Shown here piece after piece: positions 41,801 to 55,600 of a DNA stretch of 64,000 bases (positions within the stretch are counted from its first letter, which is position 1; the number at the start of each line of letters is the position of its first letter). A program made the translations under genes and the position numbers. This DNA is from Antedon mediterranea (lineage: Eukaryota > Animalia > Echinodermata), in NCBI RefSeq assembly GCF_964355755.1, contig NC_092677.1, positions 20,482,101-20,546,100 on the forward strand, given 5' to 3'. The notes below the pieces were generated by a model that saw only the letters and a list, made by a program, of their open reading frames with translations, was not told the origin of the DNA and made no database searches.

Positions 41801-44800
41801 AATCACATTTTGAGCATTTCGTTAAAACTTTTCACACAAAAACATCAAAGTCCACAAAATAGCTTAATATCGTATTTAAAAACGTTTTAGACCATTTTGA
41901 GCATTTCGAAAAAACTTTTCCACACAAAACATCAAAGTTTACAAAATAGCTTCAAATCGCATTTGGAGACGTTTTAGACCATTTTGTGATTTTCGAAAAA
42001 ACTTGTTAACATAAAAACACCAAAGTGCTCAGAATACCTTCAAATCGTGTTTTGAGACGTTTTAGACCATTTTGTAATTTTCGAAAAAACTTGTTAACAT
42101 AAAAACACCAAAGTGCTCAGAATACCTTCACATCGCATTTTGAGACGTTTTAGACCATTTTGTGATTTTCGAAAAAACTTGTTAACATAAAAACACCAAA
42201 GTGCTTAGAAAAGCTTGAAATGGCATTTGGAGACGTTTTAGACCATTTTGTGCATTTCGATGAAACTTGGTTAAAGTGCTTAAAATCACATTTTGAGCAT
42301 TTCGTTAAAACTTTTCACACAAAAACATCAAAGAGTAAAAAATAGCTTAATATCGTATTTAAAAACGTTTTAGACCATTTTGAGCATTTCGACAAAATTT
42401 TTTCACACAAAACATCAAAGTGTACAGAATAGCTTTAAATCGCATTTGGAGACGTTTTAGACCATTTTGTTCATTTCGATGAAACAAAAACACAAAAACA
42501 TCAAATTGCACAAAATGGCTTAATATGATATGGGAAAACGTTTTAGACCATTTTGAACATTTCGTTAAAAGTTTTCACAAAAAAACATCAAAGTCCACAA
42601 AATAGCTTAATATCGTATTTAAAAACGTTTTAGACAATTTTGAGCATTTCGAAAAAACTTTTTCACACAAAACATCAAAGTTTACAAAATAGCTTCAAAT
42701 CGCATTTGGAGACGTTTTAGACCATTTTGTGATTTTCGAAAAAACTTGTTAACATAAAAACACCAAAGTGCTCAGAATACCTTCAAATCGCATTTTGAGA
42801 CGTTTTAGACCATTTTGTGATTTTCGAAAAAACTTGTTAACATAAAAACACCAAAGTGCTCAGAATACCTTCAAATCGTGTTTTGAGACGTTTTAGACCA
42901 TTTTGTGATTTTGGAAAAACTTGTTAACATAAAAACACCAAAGTGCTCAGAATACCTTCAAATCGCATTTGGAGACGTTTTAGACCATTTTGTGATTTTC
43001 GAAAAAACTTGTTAACATAAAAACACCAAAGTGCTCAGAAAAGCTTCAAATCGCAATTGGAGACGTTTTAAACCATTTTGTTCATTTCGATGAAACTTGG
43101 TTACACAAAAACATCAAATTGCACAAAATGGCTTAATATGGTATGGGAAAACGTTTTAGACCATTTTGAACATTTCGAGAAAACTTTTTCACACAAAACT
43201 TCAAAGTGTACAGAATAGCTTCAAATCGCATTAGAAACCGTTTTAGACCATTTTGAGCATTTCGAAAAAAACTTTTTCACACAAAACATCAAAGTTTACA
43301 AAATAGCTTCAAATCGCATTTGGAGACGTTTTAGACCATTTTGTGATTTTCGAAAAAACTTGTTAACATAAAAACACCAAAGTGCTCAGAATACCTTCAA
43401 ATCGCATTTTGAGACGTTTTAGACCATTTTGTGATTTTCGAAAAAACTTGTTAACATAAAAATACCAAAGTGCTCAAAATACCTTCAAATCGTGTTTTGA
43501 GACGTTTTAGACCATTTTGTGATTTTCGAAAAAACTTGTTAACATAAAAACACCAAAGTGCTCAGAATACCTTCAAATCGCATTTGGAGACGTTTTAGAC
43601 CATTTTGTGATTTTCGAAAAAACTTGTTAACATAAAAACACCAAAGTGCTCAGAAAAGCTTCAAATCGCATTTGGAGACGTTTTAAACCATTTTGTTCAT
43701 TTCGATGAAACTTGGTTACACAAAAACATCAAAGAGCACAAAAGTATTTAAAAACGTTTTAGACCATTTTGAGCATTCCGACAAAACTTTTTCACACAAA
43801 ACATCAAAGTGTACAGAATAGCTTTAAATCGCATTTGGAGACGTTTTAGACCATTTTGTAGTTTTCGAAAAAACTTGTTAACATAAAAACACAAAAGAGC
43901 TTCAAATCGCATTTGGAGACGTTTTAGACCCTTTTGTGCATTTCGATGAAACTTGGTTACACAAAAACATCAAAGTGCTTAAAATCACATTAGAAACCGT
44001 TTTAGACCATTTTGAGCATTTCGTTAAAACTTTTCACACAAAAACATCAAAGTCCACAAAATAGCTTAATATCGTATTCAAAAACGTTTTAGACCATTTT
44101 GAGCATTTCGAAAAAACTTTTTCACACAAAACATCAAAGTTTACAAAATAGCTTCAAATCGCATTTGGAGACGTTTTAGACCATTTTGTGATTTTCGAAA
44201 AAACTTGTTAACATAAAAACACCAAAGTGCTCAGAATACCTTCAAATCGCATTTTGAGACGTTTTAGACCATTTTGTGATTTTCAAAAAAACAACATAAA
44301 AACACCAAAGTGCTCAGAATACCTTCAAATCGCATTTGGAGACGTTTTAGACCATTTTGTGATTTTGGAAAAAACTTGTTAACATAAAAACACCAAAGTG
44401 CTCAGAATACCTTCAAATCGTATTTTGAGACGTTTTAGACAATTTTGTGATTTTCGAAAAAACTTGTTAACATAAAAACACCAAAGTGCTTAGAAAAGCT
44501 TCAAATCGCATTTGGAGACGTTTTAGACCATTTTGTGCATTTCGATGAAACTTGGTTACACAAAAACATCAAAGTGTACAGAATAGCTTCAAATCGCATT
44601 AGAAACCGTTTTAGACCATTTTGAGCATTTCGAAAAAACTTTTTCACACAAAACATCAAAGTGTACAAAATAGCTTCAAATCGCATTTGGAGACTTTTTA
44701 GACAATTTTGTGATTTTCGAAAAAACTTGTTTACATAAAAACACCAAAGTGCTCAGAATAGCTTCCAATCGCATTTGGAGACGTTTTAGACCCTTTTGTG

Positions 44801-45306
44801 CATTTCGATGAAACTTGGTTACACAAAAACATCAAAGTGCTTAAAATCACAGTAGAAACCGTTTTAGACCATTTTGAGCATTTCGTTAAAATTTTTCACA
44901 GAAAAACATCAAAGAGCAAAAAATAGCTTAATATCGTATTTAAAAACGTTTTAGACCATTTTGAGCATTTCGACAAAACTTTTTCACACAAAACATCAAA
45001 GTGTACAGATAAGCTTCAAATCGCATTTGGAGACGTTTTAAACCATTTTGAGCATTTCGATAAAATTTTACACACAAAAACATCAAAGTGCACAAAATAG
45101 CTTAATATGGTATTTAAAAACGTTTTAGACCATTTTGAGCATTTCAACAAAACTTTTTCTCACAAAACATCAAAGTGTACAGAATAGCTTCAAATCGCAT
45201 TTGGAGACGTTTTAGACCATTTTGTGCATTTCGATGAAACTTGGTTACACAAAAACATCAAAGTGCTTAAAATCACATTTTGAGCATTTCGTTAAAACTT
45301 TTCACA

Positions 45307-45331
45307 CAAGTCAAGTCAAGTCAAGTCAAGT
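45307..45331 (-). repeat. LINE 3' tail microsatellite (ACTTG)5
   Basis: Plus strand CAAGT x5 at the 3' end of the element, in place of a poly(A) tail. Confidence 0.92.
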
Positions 45332-46602
45332 ATCATTTATTATCATTTGTTTTAGGAAAAACATAGAAATTCTGTTTGCTCTGTTGGCGGAGCACAATAT
45401 CCAACGGACACAACACGAACTCAAAAAACAAGAACATTACAAAAAAAAGTCTACATCATATTTAAGGCTCTAATAGATCCTGGAAAGAAACTATTTGTAA
45501 ATCGTGCCTTATTGGCCTTAATAGAACGAAATCGCCGACCGCTGCGCATCAACTGGAACATACTAGAGGCCGGATGAAAATGATCATCTTTGATAGCCAC
45601 TGCCTTTTTCAGAAGACGATCCGAAAATATGTTCTCCAAAGGCAGTTGTGTAGATCCAATTATACGCGATGCGGTCTTGACTATTCTATTTAGGTCACGC
45701 TTTTCATTTTCGGTAGCGCTACCGAACCATACCGTTAAAGAATACGTTATTACACTCTCTATAACTGACCTATAGAAGGACGACATTATTACAGAGTTTA
45801 TACCAAATGATTTAAGTCTACGTAGGAAGTAGATTCTTCTTTGGGCCTTTCTAATAATGTTACGTGTGTTAATATGCCACTTCAGATCATTTGAAATATA
45901 AATACCCAAGAATTTAAATTCTTCTACAAACTCAACTGATATACCATTAATAAATATTGGATATTTGACATTAAGTGATTTACGGAAATCAACAACCATT
46001 TCTTTAGTCTTAGATACATTCAAGAACAGATTGTTTTCGTTACACCAGTCTACAACTCGTTTAACTTGGTTGCGATAATTAGACTCATCACTGTCATCAT
46101 TGATTAGACCTACAATGGTAGTATCATCCGCAAATTTAGCGATGTGACAGTTACTGTAGTAGGTAACACAGTCATAAGTAAATAAAGTAAAAAGAAAGGG
46201 CGACAGTACACAGCCCTGTGGTACACCTGTATTTATAATACGCTTATCTGATATAGTGGTACCCACTTTAGTACGTTGGGGTCGATCAGTTAAAAAGTTT
46301 AACACCCAGTTACAAATAGAAATATCGAAACCGATTTCAACCATCTTAGTGTGTAACTTATACGGTACAATCGTATTAAATGCTGAACTAAAATCTATAT
46401 ATAAAATCCTAGCATATCTTTTATCACGTTCGAGATGCTCTAAGATCCTATGCAAAGTGATCGATACAGCATCTTCGGTAGACCGGTTTGGTCTATAGGC
46501 GAACTGATATTGGTCAAGATCTCGAGGACACTTGGCCTTTAGGTAATTAAGGACTATATGTTCAAAGCATTTCATCAGAACCGATGTTAATGTTATAGGT
46601 CG
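45310..46602 (-). mobile_element. 5'-truncated non-LTR retrotransposon (LINE), Rex1/Babar-like (CR1/L2 group), ~1293 bp
   Basis: RT frame, ~120-bp 3' UTR and a pentamer tandem tail. ACAA is duplicated at both junctions (45306-45309, 46603-46606). Net gain versus the empty paralogue at ~471-481 is 1297 = 1293+4. Confidence 0.92.
45451..46602 (-). pseudogene. Reverse transcriptase domain and C-terminus of LINE ORF2; endonuclease part lost by 5' truncation
   Basis: 374-aa ORF from 46575, open upstream to the junction (RPITLTSVL-MKCFE). Motifs QFAYRPNRSTEDA, IDFSSAFNTI, GVPQGCVLSPFLF, catalytic FADD, LNVSKTKEMVVDFRK, FKFLG and KAQRRIYFLRRL are typical of Rex1/Babar RTs. No stops or frameshifts. 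Confidence 0.92.
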
Positions 46603-49600
46603 ACAAAAACATCAAAGTCCACAAAATAGCTTAATATCGTATTTAAAAACGTTTTAGACCATTTTGAGCATTTTCGAAAAAACTTGTTAACATAAAAACC
46701 CCAAAGTGCTCAGAATACCTTCAAATCGTGTTTTGAGACGTTTTAGACCATTTCTTAATTTTCGAAAAAACTTGTTAACATAAAAACACCAAAGTGCTCA
46801 GAATACCTTCACATCGCATTTTGAGACGTTTTAGACCATTTTGTGATTTTCGAAAAAACTTGTTAACATAAAAACACCAAAGTGCTTAGAAAAGCTTGAA
46901 ATCGCATTTGGAGACGTTTTAGACCATTTTGTGCATTTCGATGAAACTTGGTTAAAGTGCTTAAAATCACATTTTGAGCATTTCGTTAAAACTTTTCACA
47001 CAAAAACATCAAAGAGTAAAAAATAGCTTAATATCGTATTTAAAAACGTTTTAGACCATTTTGAGCATTTCGACAAAATTTTTTCACACAAAACATCAAA
47101 GTGTACAGAATAGCTTTAAATCGCATTTGGAGACGTTTTAGACCATTTTGTTCATTTCGATGAAACAAAAACACAAAAACATCAAATTGCACAAAATGGC
47201 TTAATATGATATGGGAAAACGTTTTAGACCATTTTGAACATTTCGTTAAAAGTTTTCACAAAAAAACATCAAAGTCCACAAAATAGCTTAATATCGTATT
47301 TAAAAACGTTTTAGACCATTTTGAGCATTTCGAAAAAACTTTTTCACACAAAACATCAAAGTTTACAAAATAGCTTCAAATCGCATTTGGAGACGTTTTA
47401 GACCATTTTGTGATTTTCGAAAAAACTTGTTAACATAAAAACACCAAAGTGCTCAGAAAAGCTTCAAATCGCAATTGGAGACGTTTTAAACCATTTTGTT
47501 CATTTCGATGAAACTTGGTTACACAAAAACATCAAATTGCACAAAATGGCTTAATATGGTATGGGAAAACGTTTTAGACCATTTTGAACATTTCGAGAAA
47601 ACTTTTTCACACAAAACTTCAAAGTGTACAGAATAGCTTCAAATCGCATTAGAAACCGTTTTAGACCATTTTGAGCATTTCGAAAAAAACTTTTTCACAC
47701 AAAACATCAAAGTTTACAAAATAGCTTCAAATCGCATTTGGAGACGTTTTAGACCATTTTGTGATTTTCGAAAAAACTTGTTAACATAAAAACACCAAAG
47801 TGCTCAGAATACCTTCAAATCGCATTTTGAGACGTTTTAGACCATTTTGTGATTTTCGAAAAAACTTTTTCACACAAAACATCAAAGTACTCAGAATACC
47901 TTCAAATCGCATTTGGAGACGTTTTAGACCATTTTGTGATTTTCGAAAAAACTTGTTAACATAAAAACACCAAAGTGCTCAGAAAAGCTTCAAATCGCAT
48001 TTGGAGACGTTTTAGACAATTTTGTGATTTTCGAAAAAACTTGTTTACATAAAAACACCAAAGTGCTCAGAATAGCTTCCAATCGCATTTGGAGACGTTT
48101 TAGACCCTTTTGTGCATTTCGATGAAACTTGGTTATACAAAAACATCAAAGTGCTCAGAAAAGCTTCAAATCGCAATTGGAGACGTTTTAAACCATTTTG
48201 TTCATTTCGATGAAACTTGGTTACACAAAAACATCAAATTGCACAAAATGGCTTAATATGGTATGGGAAAACGTTTTAGACCATTTTGAACATTTCGAGA
48301 AAACTTTTTCACACAAAACTTCAAAGTGTACAGAATAGCTTCAAATCGCATTAGAAACCGTTTTAGACCATTTTGAGCATTTCGAAAAAAACTTTTTCAC
48401 ACAAAACATCAAAGTTTACAAAATAGCTTCAAATCGCATTTGGAGACGTTTTAGACCATTTTGTGATTTTCGAAAAAACTTGTTAACATAAAAACACCAA
48501 AGTGCTCAGAATACCTTCAAATCGCATTTTGAGACGTTTTAGACCATTTTGAGCATTTCGAAAAAACTTTTTCACACAAAACATCAAAGTGCTCAGAATA
48601 CCTTCAAATCGCATTTGGAGACGTTTTAGACCATTTTGTGATTTTCGAAAAAACTTGTTAACATAAAAACACCAAAGTGCTCAGAATACCTTCAAATCGC
48701 ATTTGGAGACGTTTTAGACCATTTTGTGATTTTCGAAAAAACTTGTTAACATAAAAACACCAAAGTGCTCAGAAAAGCTTCAAATCGCATTTGGAGACGT
48801 TTTAAACCATTTTGTTCATTTCGATGAAACTTGGTTACACAAAAACATCAAAGAGCACAAAAGTATTTAAAAACGTTTTAGACCATTTTGAGCATTCCGA
48901 CAAAACTTTTTCACACAAAACATCAAAGTCCACAAAATAGCTTAATATCGTTTTCAAAAACGTTTTAGACCATTTTGAGCATTTCGAAAAAACTTTTTCA
49001 CACAAAACATCAAAGTTTACAAAATAGCTTCAAATCACTGTAGAAACCGTTTTAGACCATTTTGAGCATTTCGTTAAAATTTTTCACAGAAAAACATCAA
49101 AGAGCAAAAAATAGCTTAATATCGTATTTAAAAACGTTTTAGACCATTTTGAGCATTTCGACAAAACTTTTTCACACAAAACATCAAAGTGTACAGATAA
49201 GCTTCAAATCGCATTTGGAGACGTTTTAAACCATTTTGAGCATTTCGATAAAATTTTACACACAAAAACATCAAAGTGCACAAAATAGCTTAATATGGTA
49301 TTTAAAAACGTTTTAGACCATTTTGAGCATTTCAACAAAACTTTTTCTCACAAAACATCAAAGTGTACAGAATAGCTTCAAATCGCATTTGGAGACGTTT
49401 TAGACCATTTTGTGCATTTCGATGAAACTTGGTTACACAAAAACATCAAAGTGCTTAAAATCACATTTTGAGCATTTCGTTAAAACTTTTCACACAAAAA
49501 CATCAAAGTCCACAAAATAGCTTAATATCGTATTTAAAAACGTTTTAGACCATTTTGAGCATTTCGAAAAAACTTTTTCACACAAAACATCAAAGTTTAC

Positions 49601-52600
49601 AAAATAGCTTCAAATCGCATTTGGAGACGTTTTAGACCATTTTGTGATTTTCGAAAAAACTTGATAACATAAAAACACCAAAGTGCTCAGAATACCTTCA
49701 AATCGCATTTGTAGACGTTTTAGACCATTTTGTGATTTTCGAAAAAACTTGTTAACATAAAAACACCAAAGTGCTTAGAAAAGCTTCAAATCGCATTTGA
49801 AGAGGTTTTAGACCATTTTGTGCATTTCGATGAAACTTGGTTACACAAAAACATCAAAGTGCTTAAAATCACATTTTGAGCATTTCGTTAAAACTTTTCA
49901 CACAAAAACATCAAAGTCCACAAAATAGCTTAATATCGTATTTAAAAACGTTTTAGACCATTTTGAGCATTTCGAAAAAACTTTTCCACACAAAACATCA
50001 AAGTTTACAAAATAGCTTCAAATCGCATTTGGAGACGTTTTAGACCATTTTGTGATTTTCGAAAAAACTTGTTAACATAAAAACACCAAAGTGCTCAGAA
50101 AAGCTTACAATCGCATTTGGAGACGTTTTAAACCATTTTGTTCATTTCGATGAAATTTGGTTACACAAAAACATCAAAGAGCACAAAAGTATTTAAAAAC
50201 GTTTTAGACCATTTTGAGCATTCCGACAAAACTTTTTCACACAAAACATCAAAGTGTACAGAATAGCTTTAAATCGCATTTGGAGACGTTTTAGACCATT
50301 TTGTAGTTTTCGAAAAAACTTGTTAACATAAAAACACAAAAGAGCTTCAAATCGCATTTGGAGACGTTTTAGACCCTTTTGTGCATTTCGATGAAACTTG
50401 GTTACACAAAAACATCAAAGTGCTTAAAATCACATTAGAAACCGTTTTAGACCATTTTGAGCATTTCGTTAAAACTTTTCACACAAAAACATCAAAGTCC
50501 ACAAAATAGCTTAATATCGTATTCAAAAACGTTTTAGACCATTTTGAGCATTTCGAAAAAACTTTTTCACACAAAACATCAAAGTTTACAAAATAGCTTC
50601 ATATCGCATTTGGAGACGTTTTAGACCATTTTGTGATTTTCGAAAAAACTTGTTAACATAAAAACACCAAAGTGCTCAGAATACCTTCAAATCGCATTTT
50701 GAGACGTTTTAGACCATTTTGTGATTTTCGAAAAAACAACATAAAAACACCAAAGTGCTCAGAATACCTTCAAATCGCATTTTGAGACGTTTTAGACCAT
50801 TTTGTGATTTTCGAAAAAACTTGTTAACATAAAAACACCAAAGTGCTCAGAATACCTTCAAATCGTGTTTTGAGACGTTTTAGACCATTTTGTGATTTTC
50901 AAAAAAACTTGTTAACATAAAAACACCAAAGTGCTTAGAAAAGCTTCAAATCGCATTTGGAGACGTTTTAGACCATTTTGTTCATTTCGATGAAACTTGG
51001 TTACACAAAAACATCAAAGAGCACAAAAGATCTTAATATCGTATTTAAAAACGTTTTAGACCATTTTGAGCATTTCGAAAAAACTTTTTCACACAAAACA
51101 TCAAAGTGTACAAAATAGCTTCAAATCGCATTTTGAGACGTTTTAGACAATTTTGTGATTTTCGAAAAAACTTGTTTACATAAAAACACCAAAGTGCTTA
51201 GAAAAGCTTCAAATCGCATTTGGAGACGTTTTAAACCATTTTGTTCATTTCGATGAAACTTGGTTACACAAAAACATCAAAGAGCACAAAAGTATTTAAA
51301 AACGTTTTAGACCATTTTGAGCATTCCGTCAAAACTTTTTCACACAAAACATCAAAGTGTACAGAATAGCTTTAAATCGCATTTGGAGACGTTTTAGACC
51401 ATTTTGTAGTTTTCGAAAAAACTTGTTAACATAAAAACACAAAAGAGCTTCAAATCGCATTTGGAGACGTTTTAGACCCTTTTGTGCATTTCGATGAAAC
51501 TTGGTTACACAAAAACATCAAAGTGCTTAAAATCACATTAGAAACCGTTTTAGACCATTTTGAGCATTTCGTTAAAACTTTTCACACAAAAACATCAAAG
51601 TCCACAAAATAGCTTAATATCGTATTTAAAAACGTTTTAGACCATTTTGAGCATTTCGAAAAAACTTTTCCACACAAAACATCAAAGTTTACAAAATAGC
51701 TTCAAATCGCATTTGGAGACGTTTTAGACCATTTTGTGATTTTCGTAAAAACTTGTTAACATAAAAACACCAAAGTGCTTAGAAAAGCTTCAAATCGCAT
51801 TTGGAGACGTTTTAGACCATTTTGTGCATTTCGATGAAACTTGGTTACACAAAAACATCAAAGTGCTTAAAATCACATTTTGAACATTTCGTTAAAAGTT
51901 TTCACACAAAAACATCAAAGAGTAAAAAATAGCTTAATATCGTATTTAAAAACGTTTTAGACCATTTTGAGCATTTCGAAAAAACTTTTCCACACAAAAC
52001 ATCAAAGTTTACAAAATAGCTTCAAATCGCATTTGGAGACGTTTTAGACCATTTTGTGATTTTCGAAAAAACTTGTTAACATAAAAACACCAAAGTGCTC
52101 AGAATACCTTCAAATCGCATTTGGAGACGTTTTAGACCATTTTGTGATTTTCGAAAAAACTTGTTAACATAAAAACACCAAGTGCTCAGAAAAGCTTCAA
52201 ATCGCATTTGGAGACGTTTTAAACCATTTTGTTCATTTCGATGAAACTTGGTTACACAAAAACATCAAAGAGCACAAAAGTATTTAAAAACGTTTTAGAC
52301 CATTTTGAGCATTCCGACAAAACTTTTTCACACAAAACTTCAAAGTGTACAGAATAGCTTTAAATCGCATTTGGAGACGTTTTAGACCATTTTGTAGTTT
52401 TCGAAAAAACTTGTTAACATAAAAACACAAAAGAGCTTCAAATCGCATTTGGAGACGTTTTAGACCCTTTTGTGCATTTCGATGAAACTTGGTTACACAA
52501 AAACATCAAAGTGCTTAAAATCACATTAGAAACCGTTTTAGACCATTTTGAGCATTTCGTTAAAACTTTTCACACAAAAACATCAAAGTCCACAAAATAG

Positions 52601-55600
52601 CTTAATATCGTATTTAAAAACGTTTTAGACAATTTTGAGCATTTCGAAAAAACTTTTTCACACAAAACATCAAAGTTTACAAAATAGCTTCAAATCGCAT
52701 TTGGAGACGTTTTAGACCATTTTGTGATTTTCGAAAAAACTTGTTAACATAAAAACACCAAAGTGCTCAGAATACCTTCAAATCGCATTTTGAGACGTTT
52801 TAGACCATTTTGTTCATTTCGATGAAACAAAAACACAAAAACATCAAATTGCACAAAATGGCTTAATATGATATGGGAAAACGTTTTAGACCATTTTGAA
52901 CATTTCGTTAAAAGTTTTCACACAAAAACATCAAAGTCCACAAAATAGCTTAATATCGTATTTAAAAACGTTTTAGACCATTTTGAGCATTTCGAAAAAA
53001 CTTTTCCACACAAAACATCAAAGTTTACAAAATAGCTTCAAATCGCATTTGGAGACGTTTTAGACCATTTTGTGATTTTCGAAAAAACTTGTTAACATAA
53101 AAACACAAAAGTGCTCAGAATACCTTCAAATCGCATTTGGAGACGTTTTAGACCATTTTGTGATTTTCGAAAAAACTTGTTTACATAAAAACACCAAAGT
53201 GCTTAGAAAAGCTTCAAATCGCATTTGGAGACGTTTTAAACCATTTTGTTCATTTCGATGAAACTTGGTTACACAAAAACATCAAAGAGCACAAAAGTAT
53301 TTAAAAACGTTTTAGACCATTTTGAGCATTCCGACAAAACTTTTTCACACAAAACATCAAAGTGTACAGAATAGCTTTAAATCGCATTTGGAGACGTTTT
53401 AGACCATTTTGTAGTTTTCGAAAAAACTTGTTAACATAAAAACACAAAAGAGCTTCAAATCGCATTTGGAGACGTTTTAGACCCTTTTGTGCATTTCGAT
53501 GAAACTTGGTTACACAAAAACATCAAAGTGCTTAAAATCACATTAGAAACCGTTTTAGACCATTTTGAGCATTTCGTTAAAACTTTTCACACAAAAACAT
53601 CAAAGTCCACAAAATAGCTTAATATCGTATTCAAAAACGTTTTAGACCATTTTGAGCATTTCGAAAAAACTTTTTCACACAAAACATCAAAGTTTACAAA
53701 ATAGCTTCAAATCGCATTTGGAGACGTTTTAGACCATTTTGTGATTTTCGAAAAAACTTGTTAACATAAAAACACCAAAGTGCTCAGAATACCTTCAAAT
53801 CGCATTTTGAGACGTTTTAGACCATTTTGTGATTTTCGAAAAAACAACATAAAAACACCAAAGTGCTCAGAATACCTTCAAATCGCATTTGGAGACGTTT
53901 TAGACCATTTTGTGATTTTGGAAAAAACTTGTTAACATAAAAACACCAAAGTGCTCAGAATACCTTCAAATCGTATTTTGAGACGTTTTAGACAATTTTG
54001 TGATTTTCGAAAAAACTTGTTAACATAAAAACACCAAAGTGCTTAGAAAAGCTTCAAATCGCATTTGGAGACGTTTTAGACCATTTTGTGCATTTCGATG
54101 AAACTTGGTTACACAAAAACATCAAAGTGTACAGAATAGCTTCAAATCGCATTAGAAACCGTTTTAGACCATTTTGAGCATTTCGAAAAAACTTTTTCAC
54201 ACAAAACATCAAAGTGTACAAAATAGCTTCAAATCGCATTTGGAGACGTTTTAGACAATTTTGTGATTTTCGAAAAAACTTGTTTACATAAAAACACCAA
54301 AGTGCTAAGAATAGCTTCCAATCGCATTTGGAGACGTTTTAGACCCTTTTGTGCATTTCGATGAAACTTGGTTACACAAAAACATCAAAGTGCTTAAAAT
54401 CACATTAGAAACCGTTTTAGACCATTTTGAGCATTTCGTTAAAATTTTTCACAGAAAAACATCAAAGAGCAAAAAATAGCTTAATATCGTATTTAAAAAC
54501 GTTTTAGACCATTTTGAGCATTTCGACAAAACTTTTTCACACAAAACATCAAAGTGTACAGAATAGCTTCAAATCGCATTTGGAGACGTTTTAACCCATT
54601 TTGAGCATTTCGATAAAATTTTACACACAAAAACATCAAAGTGCACAAAATAGCTTAATATGGTATTTAAAAACGTTTTAGAACATTTTGAGCATTTCAA
54701 CAAAACTTTTTCTCACAAAACATCAAAGTGTACAGAATAGCTTCAAATCGCATTTGGAGACGTTTTAGACCATTTTGTGCATTTCGATGAAACTTGGTTA
54801 CACAAAAACATCAAAGTGCTTAAAATCACATTTTGAGCATTTCGTTAAAACTTTTCACACAAAAACATCAAAGAGTAAAAAATAGCTTAATATCGTATTT
54901 AAAAACGTTTTAGACCATTTTGAGCATTTCGACAAAATTTTTTCACACAAAACATCAAAGTGTACAGAATAGCTTTAAATCGCATTTGGAGACGTTTTAG
55001 ACCATTTTGTTAATTTCGATGAAACAAAAACACAAAAACATCAAATTGCACAAAATGGCTTAATATGATATGGGAAAACGTTTTAGACCATTTTGAACAT
55101 TTCGTTAAAAGTTTTCACACAAAAACATCAAAGTCCACAAAATAGCTTAATATCGTATTTAAAAACGTTTTAGACCATTTTGAGCATTTCGAAAAAACTT
55201 TTTCACACAAAACATCAAAGTTTACAAAATAGCTTCAAATCGCATTTGGAGACGTTTTAGACCATTTTGTGATTTTCGAAAAAACTTGTTAACATAAAAA
55301 CACCAAAGTGCTCAGAATACCTTCAAATCGCATTTTGAGACGTTTTAGACCATTTTGTGATTTTCGAAAAAACTTGTTAATATAAAAACACCAAAGTGCT
55401 CAGAATACCTTCAAATCGTGTTTTGAGACGTTTTAGACCCTTTTGTGATTTTCGAAAAAACTTGTTAACATAAAAACACCAAAGTGCTCAGAATACCTTC
55501 AAATCGAATTTTGAGACGTTTTAGACCATTTTGTGATTTTCGAAAAAACTTGTTAACATAAAAACACCAAAGTGCTCAGAATACCTTCAAATCGTGTTTT

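Larger units (their letters stand above)
16252..45309 (+). repeat. Satellite DNA array, ~87-88 bp monomer, segment 2
   Basis: Same monomer family and orientation; resumes in register after the transposon (GTGCTTAAAATCACATTTTGAGC at 16252). Confidence 0.98.

Noticed and set aside
45222-46498. Plus-strand ORFs 45222-45473, 45590-45775 and 46256-46498
   Set aside because: Antisense shadows of the LINE RT and its 3' end; one spans the satellite-tail junction.
45451-46575. RT as retron, group II intron, DGR or telomerase acting on the repeat array
   Set aside because: The motifs, 5' truncation, short 3' UTR, pentamer tail and empty paralogous site all indicate an ordinary non-LTR retrotransposon insertion.
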